Notes under the pieces: generated by a model | Database searches by the model: none | The model's input: the letters and a program-made list of their open reading frames with translations, nothing else | Told to the model about the DNA's origin: nothing | Source of the DNA: a virus | Taxonomy: Duplodnaviria; Caudoviricetes | Virus record (IMG/VR): IMGVR_UViG_3300020463_000014 | Coordinates: 1-64,000 of that record | Length of the DNA: 64,000 nt | Direction: 5' to 3' (one strand) | Shown here: in pieces, positions 36,014 through 44,323 of the stretch | Position numbering within the stretch: the stretch's first letter is position 1 | How the letters are laid out: each line of letters starts with the position of its first letter | Made by a program: the position numbers and the translations under genes

Positions 36014-37044
36014 GCGTATTCCCTCTCATACGGCGTCAATTGTCTATCGATGCTATTTATACTGATTATATCAGTTGCTAAAGTCTTCATATGTTTACAA
36101 TGATCTTCTACCATATTATGCTGTTTTAAATCTTTAATAGTTTTTTTACATCCATTACAAATTTCAAACATTGGACAAGTATAACACGCATTTTTTAAAC
36201 TCATTAAACTTAAATCTGTTGCAAGAGGTGTTGAAAACCCACCACTCATTTCATAATCAAAATCAATAGCCTTATCTAAATCATCACCAAATGCACCACA
36301 TGAATAGTAGTCACCTTCAGGTTGAAGTGTTCGAATGCCAGAATCACATGTTCTTGTCTGTGGACATATAGTAGATTCTCCTCTTAATCGTACCATCATC
36401 TGTTGAGTGTTATGTTCCCAATCGCTTAATCCAGCTTTCCATATTTCAACATAACGTTCATATATTTTTGATAATTGATATGGAGCAGACTGAGAACCTG
36501 ATGCCATGGCATAATTTACTTTACAGACTACATCCATTTTTTTTGCAAGTTCAACTGTCTTAATATGAGTATCTTCATTCTCTTCAACAATCACTGCTAT
36601 GAATGATGGTCTATATCCAACATGTTCTAGCATCGCATCTGAACACTTCCAAAAATCTTCTTCTGTAAACTCACTATAATCACCTTTTAATCTTCCTCCA
36701 CCATATTGAAATGATGTAGCTACACCAATTCGAGGATGGTTAAAAAGTTCTTTCCATTTCATTGGTTTCATAAGAAATGGATATAAATTTGTTGTAAGTG
36801 ATATTGTTGCCGGCAGATCATACTTATCAAGATACTCTATAATTTTCCAATAGTAATTTGGTTTCATCATTAATGGATCGCCACCATTAACAATAATTGT
36901 TTGAGTATCTGGAAAACGTTTTAAAAACTTAAATATCTTATTTAAATCAAGAGTAGCAGTATTATCTTCAAACGTAATTTTAGATGATGAACAAAATGAA
37001 CATTTAAAATTACACAATTCTGTTGGTTTGACAATTAGGTCCAT
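36010..37044 (-). CDS. Radical SAM/SPASM protein
   Basis: KPTELCNFKCSFC, NGGDPL, C.....C...GDYYSC, CYTCPMFEICNGC...C. Confidence 0.92.
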   Translation of the reverse strand: MDLIVKPTELCNFKCSFCSSSKITFEDNTATLDLNKIFKFLKRFPDTQTIIVNGGDPLMMKPNYYWKIIEYLDKYDLPATISLTTNLYPFLMKPMKWKELFNHPRIGVATSFQYGGGRLKGDYSEFTEEDFWKCSDAMLEHVGYRPSFIAVIVEENEDTHIKTVELAKKMDVVCKVNYAMASGSQSAPYQLSKIYERYVEIWKAGLSDWEHNTQQMMVRLRGESTICPQTRTCDSGIRTLQPEGDYYSCGAFGDDLDKAIDFDYEMSGGFSTPLATDLSLMSLKNACYTCPMFEICNGCKKTIKDLKQHNMVEDHCKHMKTLATDIISINSIDRQLTPYEREYA

Positions 37045-37580
37045 GGCGAATTATTAACTTTAAACCCAAAATTCATAGTGATTCTATGCATATCTGGATC
37101 TCTGAAATGTTCAACTCTATGTTCAAACTGTTTATCTTGGCTTCCTACTACTACATCGTATTTTTGAGGTAAATGAAAGGCTGTGATTCTATTATTCTGT
37201 GATATATTTCTAAACATAATTTCACCACCAGCGTCTTTATTCATATCAGTAAAATATAAAAGAAACATTATATTTGCACCTTCACAAAAATCATTATGCC
37301 AATTACACGAAGTTTGTTCAGTGCCATTCCAACAGTGATAATAAATCAAATCTTTTTTTTCTGAATATGGTCTTAAATACTGATTAAAAAGATAATCAGC
37401 AGTCATTAGCATTTTCTTTCGCATACCCAATATATAATAATTTAAAGGGAATCGATAATCTTTTCTATTACCAATACCTCTAAGCCATTTTATATTAGGA
37501 ATAGTATCTTCTAAATATTGAAACGCTTGAACGTTATTTTCTGTGTAAAATCCATCATCCATTTTCCAACCATTTTTCAC
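37035..37580 (-). CDS. Fe(II)/2OG-dependent oxygenase (prolyl-hydroxylase-like fold)
   Basis: WHND (HxD), LLYF...GGEI.F, FEHRV, RITMNF. Start may be GTG 37580 or ATG 37562. Confidence 0.8.
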   Translation of the reverse strand: MKNGWKMDDGFYTENNVQAFQYLEDTIPNIKWLRGIGNRKDYRFPLNYYILGMRKKMLMTADYLFNQYLRPYSEKKDLIYYHCWNGTEQTSCNWHNDFCEGANIMFLLYFTDMNKDAGGEIMFRNISQNNRITAFHLPQKYDVVVGSQDKQFEHRVEHFRDPDMHRITMNFGFKVNNSPWT

Positions 37581-38722
37581 AGCATTTTTACCTTTTGTCT
37601 AAATCCATATGATAGATCATCTTCACCATCGCGTTTTGGTTTAAATCCTTTTGTTTTTTTAACGTAGTTAAACGTTTCTTTAAAAACACATTCTTCCATA
37701 TCGTTATGATCACCTGGCATATCAGCTTTTACAAAGCATGTGAATGGACAGTTTTCATAATATTCACACTCAAAACAATTATATTTTTTTAAAAACTTTT
37801 CTACCATCTCTCCTGTTTCAAAGGGTGTTTCACCAGTTTTTTTATCTCGCTGATATGCTACACCACAACATCCACCGGGTGATGAACCATCAGGCTGAAT
37901 AGTTATTGAATTACCTCTTGTACACATCATTGCACCAGTTTGATTCAATGGATCATGAAACGCATCCATGTTTTCACAATCAGGATAGTTATCCACTAAG
38001 TATTTGTTAAACGCTAATAGCTCACTATCTTTAGGAATTAATTTTGCATCTGCTTTAATTAATGGTGATGGCATATAAGCATCAAAATCAACTGGAAAGT
38101 TTTTATACAAATAATCAAAAGTGCTTTTATCGTTACTCTTTATAATTGTTTGTATATTTTGGCTAGTAGTAACAATTGAAACGTTTCTAATATAATCTTT
38201 AAAAGTCTCAACATTTTCTAAGAATATTTCTAGTTGACCTTTATTAAATCTACCTCTTGGATCATAAGAAGTTGAAAGCTTTATATCATGCTTATTACAA
38301 AAGTCCATAACTTTATCTGAATTTTTTTTATCAAACATAAAATTAGTAAGATAATTAAAATAAATTCTTTTGTTGCCGATGTTAATCTTGGATCTAACTA
38401 AATTCATAAATTCTTCATATACATCTAAAAAGCCTTTTTCAATCCATAGATCTTCAAATAATTCTCCACCTAATAGATGTAATTTATAGTCTTTTGATCT
38501 TGGCGAATTGTTAATAAATTTAGCAACAGTATCGCTTTTTGCTAAAATTTCTTCTCGAGTAGCTCCAACCATTGAGTTATGATCTTGCGGACAGAACACA
38601 CATTTTAAATTACAATGTTCAAAAAATATTATAACAAGCTCACTTGATCGAGTAATCTTGCTTCCTAAAATTTTGTATATATCAAAATCAAGTGGAGCTG
38701 GATTAATAGGTGCTACAGACAT
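37577..38722 (-). CDS. Radical SAM protein with SPASM-like C-terminus
   Basis: CNLKCVFC, LLGGELF, C.....I.PDG....CC, CFECEYYENCPFTC...C. Confidence 0.9.
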   Translation of the reverse strand: MSVAPINPAPLDFDIYKILGSKITRSSELVIIFFEHCNLKCVFCPQDHNSMVGATREEILAKSDTVAKFINNSPRSKDYKLHLLGGELFEDLWIEKGFLDVYEEFMNLVRSKINIGNKRIYFNYLTNFMFDKKNSDKVMDFCNKHDIKLSTSYDPRGRFNKGQLEIFLENVETFKDYIRNVSIVTTSQNIQTIIKSNDKSTFDYLYKNFPVDFDAYMPSPLIKADAKLIPKDSELLAFNKYLVDNYPDCENMDAFHDPLNQTGAMMCTRGNSITIQPDGSSPGGCCGVAYQRDKKTGETPFETGEMVEKFLKKYNCFECEYYENCPFTCFVKADMPGDHNDMEECVFKETFNYVKKTKGFKPKRDGEDDLSYGFRQKVKML

Positions 38723-40383
38723 TCTTTACTTACCTCTGACATAATTATATGTCTATTTTTTTCTATAAATTTATTTATAGTATTTGCTCTAAACTCTTGA
38801 TTTAAAACTTTAATGCTTTTTGGTTGAGAATTTGGATTAAATATATCTCTTATTTCAGAATGTATATCATCCCATCTATCTAATTTACTTATAACTTCAT
38901 ATGCTTTTTTAGTAAAGACTGACGGTGATAGACTATTTTCAAGCATAGGATAAAAGTGCTGCAGTAAATAATTTCCAGCACTATTCATAAACCACATTTC
39001 ATGCATTTCTTCAGTTGTAAACGAAAAGCATGATGATATTGTTTTAAAATACGATTTTTTATTTTTATACAAATTATTCCAACTATCTATCCCTTGTTCA
39101 TCTGCAATATCAGTGTAAACTTCAACGGTTCGAATATCATATTTAATTTTATATTCCTGAGAATTAAGCGCTGAATCTGGAAGAAACATATAATCATGTC
39201 TGTAAGAACCAAACGATTTAAAATTCCAGATATATTCCATTTCATTATAAAAGTCATCTATTGTAGAACCTGGCATTGCAAGGATCATTTCTAAATTAGG
39301 TATTGGAAACCCGTGCTTTGAACATTGCTCATTAATGTGTTTACTTAATTCTAATTTATCTTCTGTATTTAAATCAACTCTTTCAGCTATTTTCATTGCA
39401 ATGTCAGAACTGCTTTGAATAGACACTGATGGAACTATCGATATATTGGCCATCTCACTCCACATATCTTTTCCATTTTTCATATTTGGAGAAGTATAAT
39501 TTGTTCCAACGATTTCAAAATACTTATCAATTAATTTTTTTCTTCTATTTAAATCCTTAGATTTCATGGTAGAAATATCAGTTAAATTAAAACCATTTGT
39601 CCAAGCGTATTCGAATATTTCAAAGTCTCTTTCAAAAAAGGCTCCAAAGTTTGCATCATTTAAATAAGCAGATCTATAACCGGCTTTTAGCATAGCATTG
39701 ATATCACGTTTCACTATGCCCAAGGATTTCTTATAAATCTTTGTATTAATACCTCCACCCCATTCGCAGAACACACACTTATAAGGACAACCTCTTGTCG
39801 TCTCTAAAACAATAAACGGTTCCATTTTATTATTACGAGCGTATTTAAGTAATTTTGTAAGATATTCTAAATGATCTTCGTATACTGAATAATCTTCTTT
39901 TGACAAATCATGTATTAATTTTACATCAGATCTTAATTCCCATGGAATACTTGTTGGATCTATTCTGTTTTCAATAAACTGATCGATAAGCTCAGCCATA
40001 AATGGCTCACCTGGTTTAGTAGGTCTACAAATTAAATCGTACTGAGGACGTGATGTTAATAGTTCTGGTTCATTGGTTCCAATATGTGGACCACCTAAAA
40101 CTAGTATTTTTTCTGGATATTTATTTTTAATTTTATTAGAAATTTCATCACATATCATATAGTTCCAAGTATAAGAAGAAAACATAATTATATCTGCTTC
40201 GATTATATCATCTATTACTTCATCATAAGATTTATAGCTATTCCATTTATATGGTGATTCTAACCACTTTACTTTTTTACTATATTTGCCAAAACGAGAA
40301 TAGTAACTTTGCATTAATAAAAATGTAAAGTTATTTGCTAGTGACCAGTCAGCGTGAGGAGGATTAATAAATGCTATAATCAT
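38713..40383 (-). CDS. B12-binding-domain radical SAM protein (class B methyltransferase-like)
   Basis: N-terminal DII.FSSYTWN...KIK..YP....VLGGPH cobalamin-binding-type domain; ETTRGCPYKCVFCEWG; DANFG; SIQS. Confidence 0.88.
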   Translation of the reverse strand: MIIAFINPPHADWSLANNFTFLLMQSYYSRFGKYSKKVKWLESPYKWNSYKSYDEVIDDIIEADIIMFSSYTWNYMICDEISNKIKNKYPEKILVLGGPHIGTNEPELLTSRPQYDLICRPTKPGEPFMAELIDQFIENRIDPTSIPWELRSDVKLIHDLSKEDYSVYEDHLEYLTKLLKYARNNKMEPFIVLETTRGCPYKCVFCEWGGGINTKIYKKSLGIVKRDINAMLKAGYRSAYLNDANFGAFFERDFEIFEYAWTNGFNLTDISTMKSKDLNRRKKLIDKYFEIVGTNYTSPNMKNGKDMWSEMANISIVPSVSIQSSSDIAMKIAERVDLNTEDKLELSKHINEQCSKHGFPIPNLEMILAMPGSTIDDFYNEMEYIWNFKSFGSYRHDYMFLPDSALNSQEYKIKYDIRTVEVYTDIADEQGIDSWNNLYKNKKSYFKTISSCFSFTTEEMHEMWFMNSAGNYLLQHFYPMLENSLSPSVFTKKAYEVISKLDRWDDIHSEIRDIFNPNSQPKSIKVLNQEFRANTINKFIEKNRHIIMSEVSKECL

Positions 40384-40416
40384 ATTTCATTCTATACATT
40401 ACAAATTAAAAAATAT

Positions 40417-41547
40417 TTAAACTGTTACATATTTAGCAATAGTTGTTTTATCAGAAACAGAATTAGCATCCAGCAGTGAATGAATTAAATAATGATTTAC
40501 AGTTTCAAGTTCTAATGCAAAGAATTTTTCAGGTTCTTTATCATCTGATGATTCAATTAAAATAAGCTTATCTAATAGTTCATCTGTTAATTCAGTATTA
40601 ATTGCTGGTAAGAATTCTAATATGCTATCATCTCTTAAAGTAAAATCAGACCATTGACTTTCTATAATAGCTACAAACTCTTTAATAGTATTAAGATCTG
40701 AATCAGAAATATTTTCGAATATTACATTATCACTACTAGAAGCGCCACTTAGATATTTTATAGACCACATATCGTCTTTAATAAACAGTTGAGCAAATTT
40801 AGAAGTATCTGTAAAAATGTCATTAATATTATTTAATGTGTAAGTTTTGTCTAAATTTAATTTATCAGCAAAAGATTTAGTTAAGAAATGTTGGAAAAAT
40901 ATTTCCTTTAATTCGTAAAGATATTGTTCAAACACTTTTTTCAGCAAAGGTCTGACTACGCCTTTTAACTCTGCTTTTGAAGATTTGTCATTAAGATAAT
41001 TTGCTAGTAGATGTTCAACACTTATTGTGCTTTTATATTTTGCCATAAATGCTTTTTTCTTGGCAGCAGAAGGAGCTTTAACACTATCATAAATGGTATT
41101 GAAATTTTCTACTTTTAAAATTTCACCAGATCCTAATTTTGCATTATTACTTGAAAACCTGCCTCTAAAAAATGTATTAAATTTAAAAGCATGGGCTTTT
41201 ACTAATGATTCTACTGAATCAACTTTCGGAGTTTTTAAAATAAATTTATACCAAGTAGACATAATAAATTGAAATGCTGCACTATCACAATAAACAACGA
41301 TTCTTTTATTTGTAGAATCACATTTGGCAGCTAATTCATCAAAAAGAGTTGTAGCATCTTTAAACGTTTTATCTTTTCCTAGAATATCATTCCATTCAAG
41401 TCCATATGCAATGAGTTGACCAGATAATATTTTTTGAAGATCTTCTAAAAGATTAAAACCGTTACTTTGCGATACAACAATACGATCAAAATTTGGATCG
41501 ATGATATTATCTGTTGTTACATAAATCTTTTTAAACAGATGTATCAT
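40417..41547 (-). CDS. Hypothetical protein in the radical SAM cassette
   Basis: 376-aa ORF with ATGA overlap to the upstream gene; no confident motif. Confidence 0.75.
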   Translation of the reverse strand: MIHLFKKIYVTTDNIIDPNFDRIVVSQSNGFNLLEDLQKILSGQLIAYGLEWNDILGKDKTFKDATTLFDELAAKCDSTNKRIVVYCDSAAFQFIMSTWYKFILKTPKVDSVESLVKAHAFKFNTFFRGRFSSNNAKLGSGEILKVENFNTIYDSVKAPSAAKKKAFMAKYKSTISVEHLLANYLNDKSSKAELKGVVRPLLKKVFEQYLYELKEIFFQHFLTKSFADKLNLDKTYTLNNINDIFTDTSKFAQLFIKDDMWSIKYLSGASSSDNVIFENISDSDLNTIKEFVAIIESQWSDFTLRDDSILEFLPAINTELTDELLDKLILIESSDDKEPEKFFALELETVNHYLIHSLLDANSVSDKTTIAKYVTV

Positions 41548-42191
41548 AACTGTTCTCCTGTGGCGATAGCGCTTGTTATTAAAAACATTGGGTTATTAAC
41601 ATTCGCCCAATAACTAAATAGATTATTTCCTTTAAACATATACTCATTAAAGTATGATTTATAATATGTTTTATGATGTTCAATTACATTGGCATAAAAT
41701 AGATAAAAGCTTTCATATTTAAGTAAATTTACAAAATTTATTCCAGTTAGATCTTTTGTGTCATCTTCTGGAAATGATTTAACATAGTCTTTTAATTCAT
41801 CGCATTCAACTGTGTACAAATTATAAAGCGAAAGTGAATCTAATTTCTTAGCCCAAGTAGTAAGTATTTCAACGTTATCATCAATAAAATCTTTTTCTAT
41901 TAATTCACTAATACCTTTCATCTGTAATAATAAACTAATTACTCTTTCTTCAAGGATAGGAATACTTATAATAAAATTAGCTAAAAGATATTCTCTAGTA
42001 AGATCATCAAAATCTTTTTGATCAGTAAAACCAATATTACATGGCAATTCCAGATTACTGAGATATGTTAATAGCTTTGTTCCCTGCAATTGTGAATTTT
42101 CATAATCAACTATATAAAAAGTTTGATCATCTTCAAAATACAATTTCAAATCTTCAATACTAAATGGTGCAGTAACATCAATAACTTTCAT
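41544..42191 (-). CDS. Hypothetical acidic protein coupled to the putative precursor gene
   Basis: Start revised to 42191 (MKVIDV; ATGA overlap with the precursor stop; GAGGA RBS inside the RGRR codons). Confidence 0.75.
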   Translation of the reverse strand: MKVIDVTAPFSIEDLKLYFEDDQTFYIVDYENSQLQGTKLLTYLSNLELPCNIGFTDQKDFDDLTREYLLANFIISIPILEERVISLLLQMKGISELIEKDFIDDNVEILTTWAKKLDSLSLYNLYTVECDELKDYVKSFPEDDTKDLTGINFVNLLKYESFYLFYANVIEHHKTYYKSYFNEYMFKGNNLFSYWANVNNPMFLITSAIATGEQL

Positions 42192-42751
42192 CTTCTTCCT
42201 CTCGAGCCATGGCAACTGCTATGACAACTTGCATGACAAATATTAATATTTACAGTAACGGTATTGGAAACTAAATTATTAAAACGTGTCTGTAAGTCTG
42301 TAAATTTAGCTTCAAGACCAGAAGCACTAATTTGAGTACCAGCAGTTAAAGTAACTCCAGCTGCAGATAACGTTTGTGCATAACTACTGTTTAAATAAGC
42401 TTTTGCTGTTTGATTAAAAATTTGTCCAGGATTAGGATATGTTCCTGTATTACCACCAGGACCTGTTACTGTTCGAATTGCATTTAAATTTCTAATTTGA
42501 CTATACGCAGCGGTTTCATTTTCAATTGCAGTATTGATAACAGAAGCAGTGATTGGATTTTGATTTATATCAGCTCCAGTAATTCCAATGCTTCTACCAG
42601 CAGTTGTTCCACCAAAATATGATGTAGCAAATCCACTAAACGGAACTGAATTGGTACCCCAAACAATACCAGAGTTTGCACTTGCCGGCGCAAAATCCGC
42701 AAATCTATCTATTATATTCTGTGCGTTAATTGGACTTGTTAATGTAGCCAT
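42188..42751 (-). CDS. Putative radical-SAM substrate: virion-like protein with C-terminal (Cys-His-Xaa-Ser)3-RGRR tail
   Basis: 187 aa; Thr/Ala/Gly/Asn-rich body containing no Cys or His until the terminal CHASCHSSCHGSRGRR; GAGGA RBS; dedicated late promoter. Confidence 0.75.
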   Translation of the reverse strand: MATLTSPINAQNIIDRFADFAPASANSGIVWGTNSVPFSGFATSYFGGTTAGRSIGITGADINQNPITASVINTAIENETAAYSQIRNLNAIRTVTGPGGNTGTYPNPGQIFNQTAKAYLNSSYAQTLSAAGVTLTAGTQISASGLEAKFTDLQTRFNNLVSNTVTVNINICHASCHSSCHGSRGRR

Positions 42752-42777
42752 TTCATTCCTCTTTTGTTATATACGTG

Positions 42778-42785
42778 TATTTATA
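42778..42785 (-). promoter_or_regulatory. T4-type late promoter driving the putative precursor and downstream enzymes
   Basis: Exact TATAAATA 27 nt upstream of ATG 42751, overlapping the upstream stop codon. Confidence 0.8.
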
Positions 42786-43800
42786 CATGTTTTGCGAGTT
42801 CCATCATTAAACTTTTTGGTGCACCACAAATATCTCCATCCCATCCTAATTGATGACAATCACCTCCACAAAATCTAGATACAGGGCAAGATAAACAATT
42901 AGGATTACGCATTTTTTCTTCTAATATAGTACGAATTCTTTTTGGACTTTTTAACAATGTATCAATTGAATCATCTAAACTTCCAAAAGCTTGTTCAGGC
43001 GCACTATTTGGGCAGCCTGCAATAGTTCCATCTCCATTTATGGTAAATAGTTTTTGTTCACAATCTCTACAAAATGTTCCACACGTAGTCATAGTCTTTT
43101 CAAATTTGGCATATACATTTTCTAAAAAGTCATTTTCAAACCAATCCCTTGCTCCGTGCTTTTCACTTTGCATGTGCATTTTTAAAAAATATTCATCAAG
43201 TTCTTTATTGCTTGGAAATATTTCTGATGCTTCTCGGGCACTACCATTATTAGTTAGTCTTTCCAGTGAAACTTCTTGTACACCAAGTCGCCGGCACCAT
43301 CTTAATAATACTATAGGATCTTTTGCAAGTGTATCTTTTGTAAGACTAATAAACAAACGAATAGTAACACCGTTTGCTAAAAGTGTTTTAACATTTTTAT
43401 GCCAAAGATTATATTGGTTTTTATTTTCAAATCGAATCTTACGATCCCACGATGTGCCAAGTCTATTTCCAAGAGGACCTTTAATAAAATCCATATGTTG
43501 ATCTTTTAATTTGAAAACTAAATTAGTTGTAGCACCCCACGACATTTGATTCCATAAACCATCACATGCATCATATACCTTTCGCATTTGGCCAACCGGT
43601 ACAAGAAACGGTTCACCACCATGAAATTCCATATGTATAGAATCTTGTGTTGCAGGTTTTTCTTTTCTAAATCTATGAATCCAGTCAACTAGCTTATCAG
43701 TATTCCAATAAATCTTTTGACCGCTTCTTCCACTGGTAAAACAGTGTGCACAATTAAGCTGACATGTTTCTGTTGTTTTGAGATACATCAGCCAGTTCAT
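42781..43800 (-). CDS. Radical SAM/SPASM peptide-maturase-like protein
   Basis: KTTETCQLNCAHC, FHGGEPFL, CRDC....TINGDG.IAGCPN, CLSCPVSRFCGGDC...C (full SPASM-type Cys pattern). Confidence 0.93.
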   Translation of the reverse strand: MNWLMYLKTTETCQLNCAHCFTSGRSGQKIYWNTDKLVDWIHRFRKEKPATQDSIHMEFHGGEPFLVPVGQMRKVYDACDGLWNQMSWGATTNLVFKLKDQHMDFIKGPLGNRLGTSWDRKIRFENKNQYNLWHKNVKTLLANGVTIRLFISLTKDTLAKDPIVLLRWCRRLGVQEVSLERLTNNGSAREASEIFPSNKELDEYFLKMHMQSEKHGARDWFENDFLENVYAKFEKTMTTCGTFCRDCEQKLFTINGDGTIAGCPNSAPEQAFGSLDDSIDTLLKSPKRIRTILEEKMRNPNCLSCPVSRFCGGDCHQLGWDGDICGAPKSLMMELAKHV

Positions 43801-44281
43801 TATTAATTTTATCCTCTGTATAATTTTCTAAACCAAAGCTTAACGTCAATGCTTCATCTTTATTTAATGCTTGATGAGGTGTATAAGCTGGTATATGTAT
43901 ATATTCTCCTTGGATAATAGTCACTGGCTTATTATCAATTATTAAAGATTTAGATCCTTCACAGCAATATATAACAACATCATCTGGATCAGTATGCATA
44001 TCGAAAGAATAAGATCCAGCCGCTGCAAAAAATAAATGACATGTTACATGCTGTTCATGTTTCCAATCAGTTTTTATTTTCCAACAATATTCATATATTG
44101 TTGAATTAAAGTTTTCCATACGTTCGATTTTTATAGAATGGTTTTGTTTTTGCACTTTGCAAAAATCACTGAAACTAGTAATTAGCTGTTCACGACCCTG
44201 TTCATCTATAGCATAAACCATATTTTGTTCATACATATGACTCGCAGTAAGTGCAGATATGAGTTGAGATTTATTAATCAT
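43754..44281 (-). CDS. JmjC/cupin-4 (ROX/YcfD-like) oxygenase
   Basis: SFDMHTDPDDV....CEGSK and G.YIHIPAYTPHQA...LTLSFG resemble the HxD...H cupin of ribosomal oxygenases. Confidence 0.8.
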   Translation of the reverse strand: MINKSQLISALTASHMYEQNMVYAIDEQGREQLITSFSDFCKVQKQNHSIKIERMENFNSTIYEYCWKIKTDWKHEQHVTCHLFFAAAGSYSFDMHTDPDDVVIYCCEGSKSLIIDNKPVTIIQGEYIHIPAYTPHQALNKDEALTLSFGLENYTEDKINNELADVSQNNRNMSA

Positions 44282-44287
44282 TATTTA

Positions 44288-44316
44288 ATTATATACTATT
44301 TTTAATCAAATGTAAA
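44288..44316 (-). promoter_or_regulatory. Sigma70-type promoter, probably giving a leaderless mRNA
   Basis: Minus strand TTTACA-N17-TATAAT; the A of ATG 44281 lies 7 nt after the -10 box and there is no RBS. Confidence 0.7.
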
Positions 44317-44323
44317 TAGTTAT

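Noticed and set aside
42191-42238. CHASCH/CHSSCH as c-type heme-binding motifs
   Set aside because: Spacing is Cx3CH and overlapping, not canonical CxxCH; no signal peptide and no cytochrome c maturation genes.
33556-44281. Cassette as a DNA base hypermodification or queuosine/7-deazaguanine pathway
   Set aside because: No recognisable nucleotide kinase, thymidylate-synthase-like, glycosyltransferase, QueC/QueD/FolE or DpdA gene. SPASM-type Cys tails, a peptide-like substrate and location in the late tail region favour protein modification. Not formally excluded.
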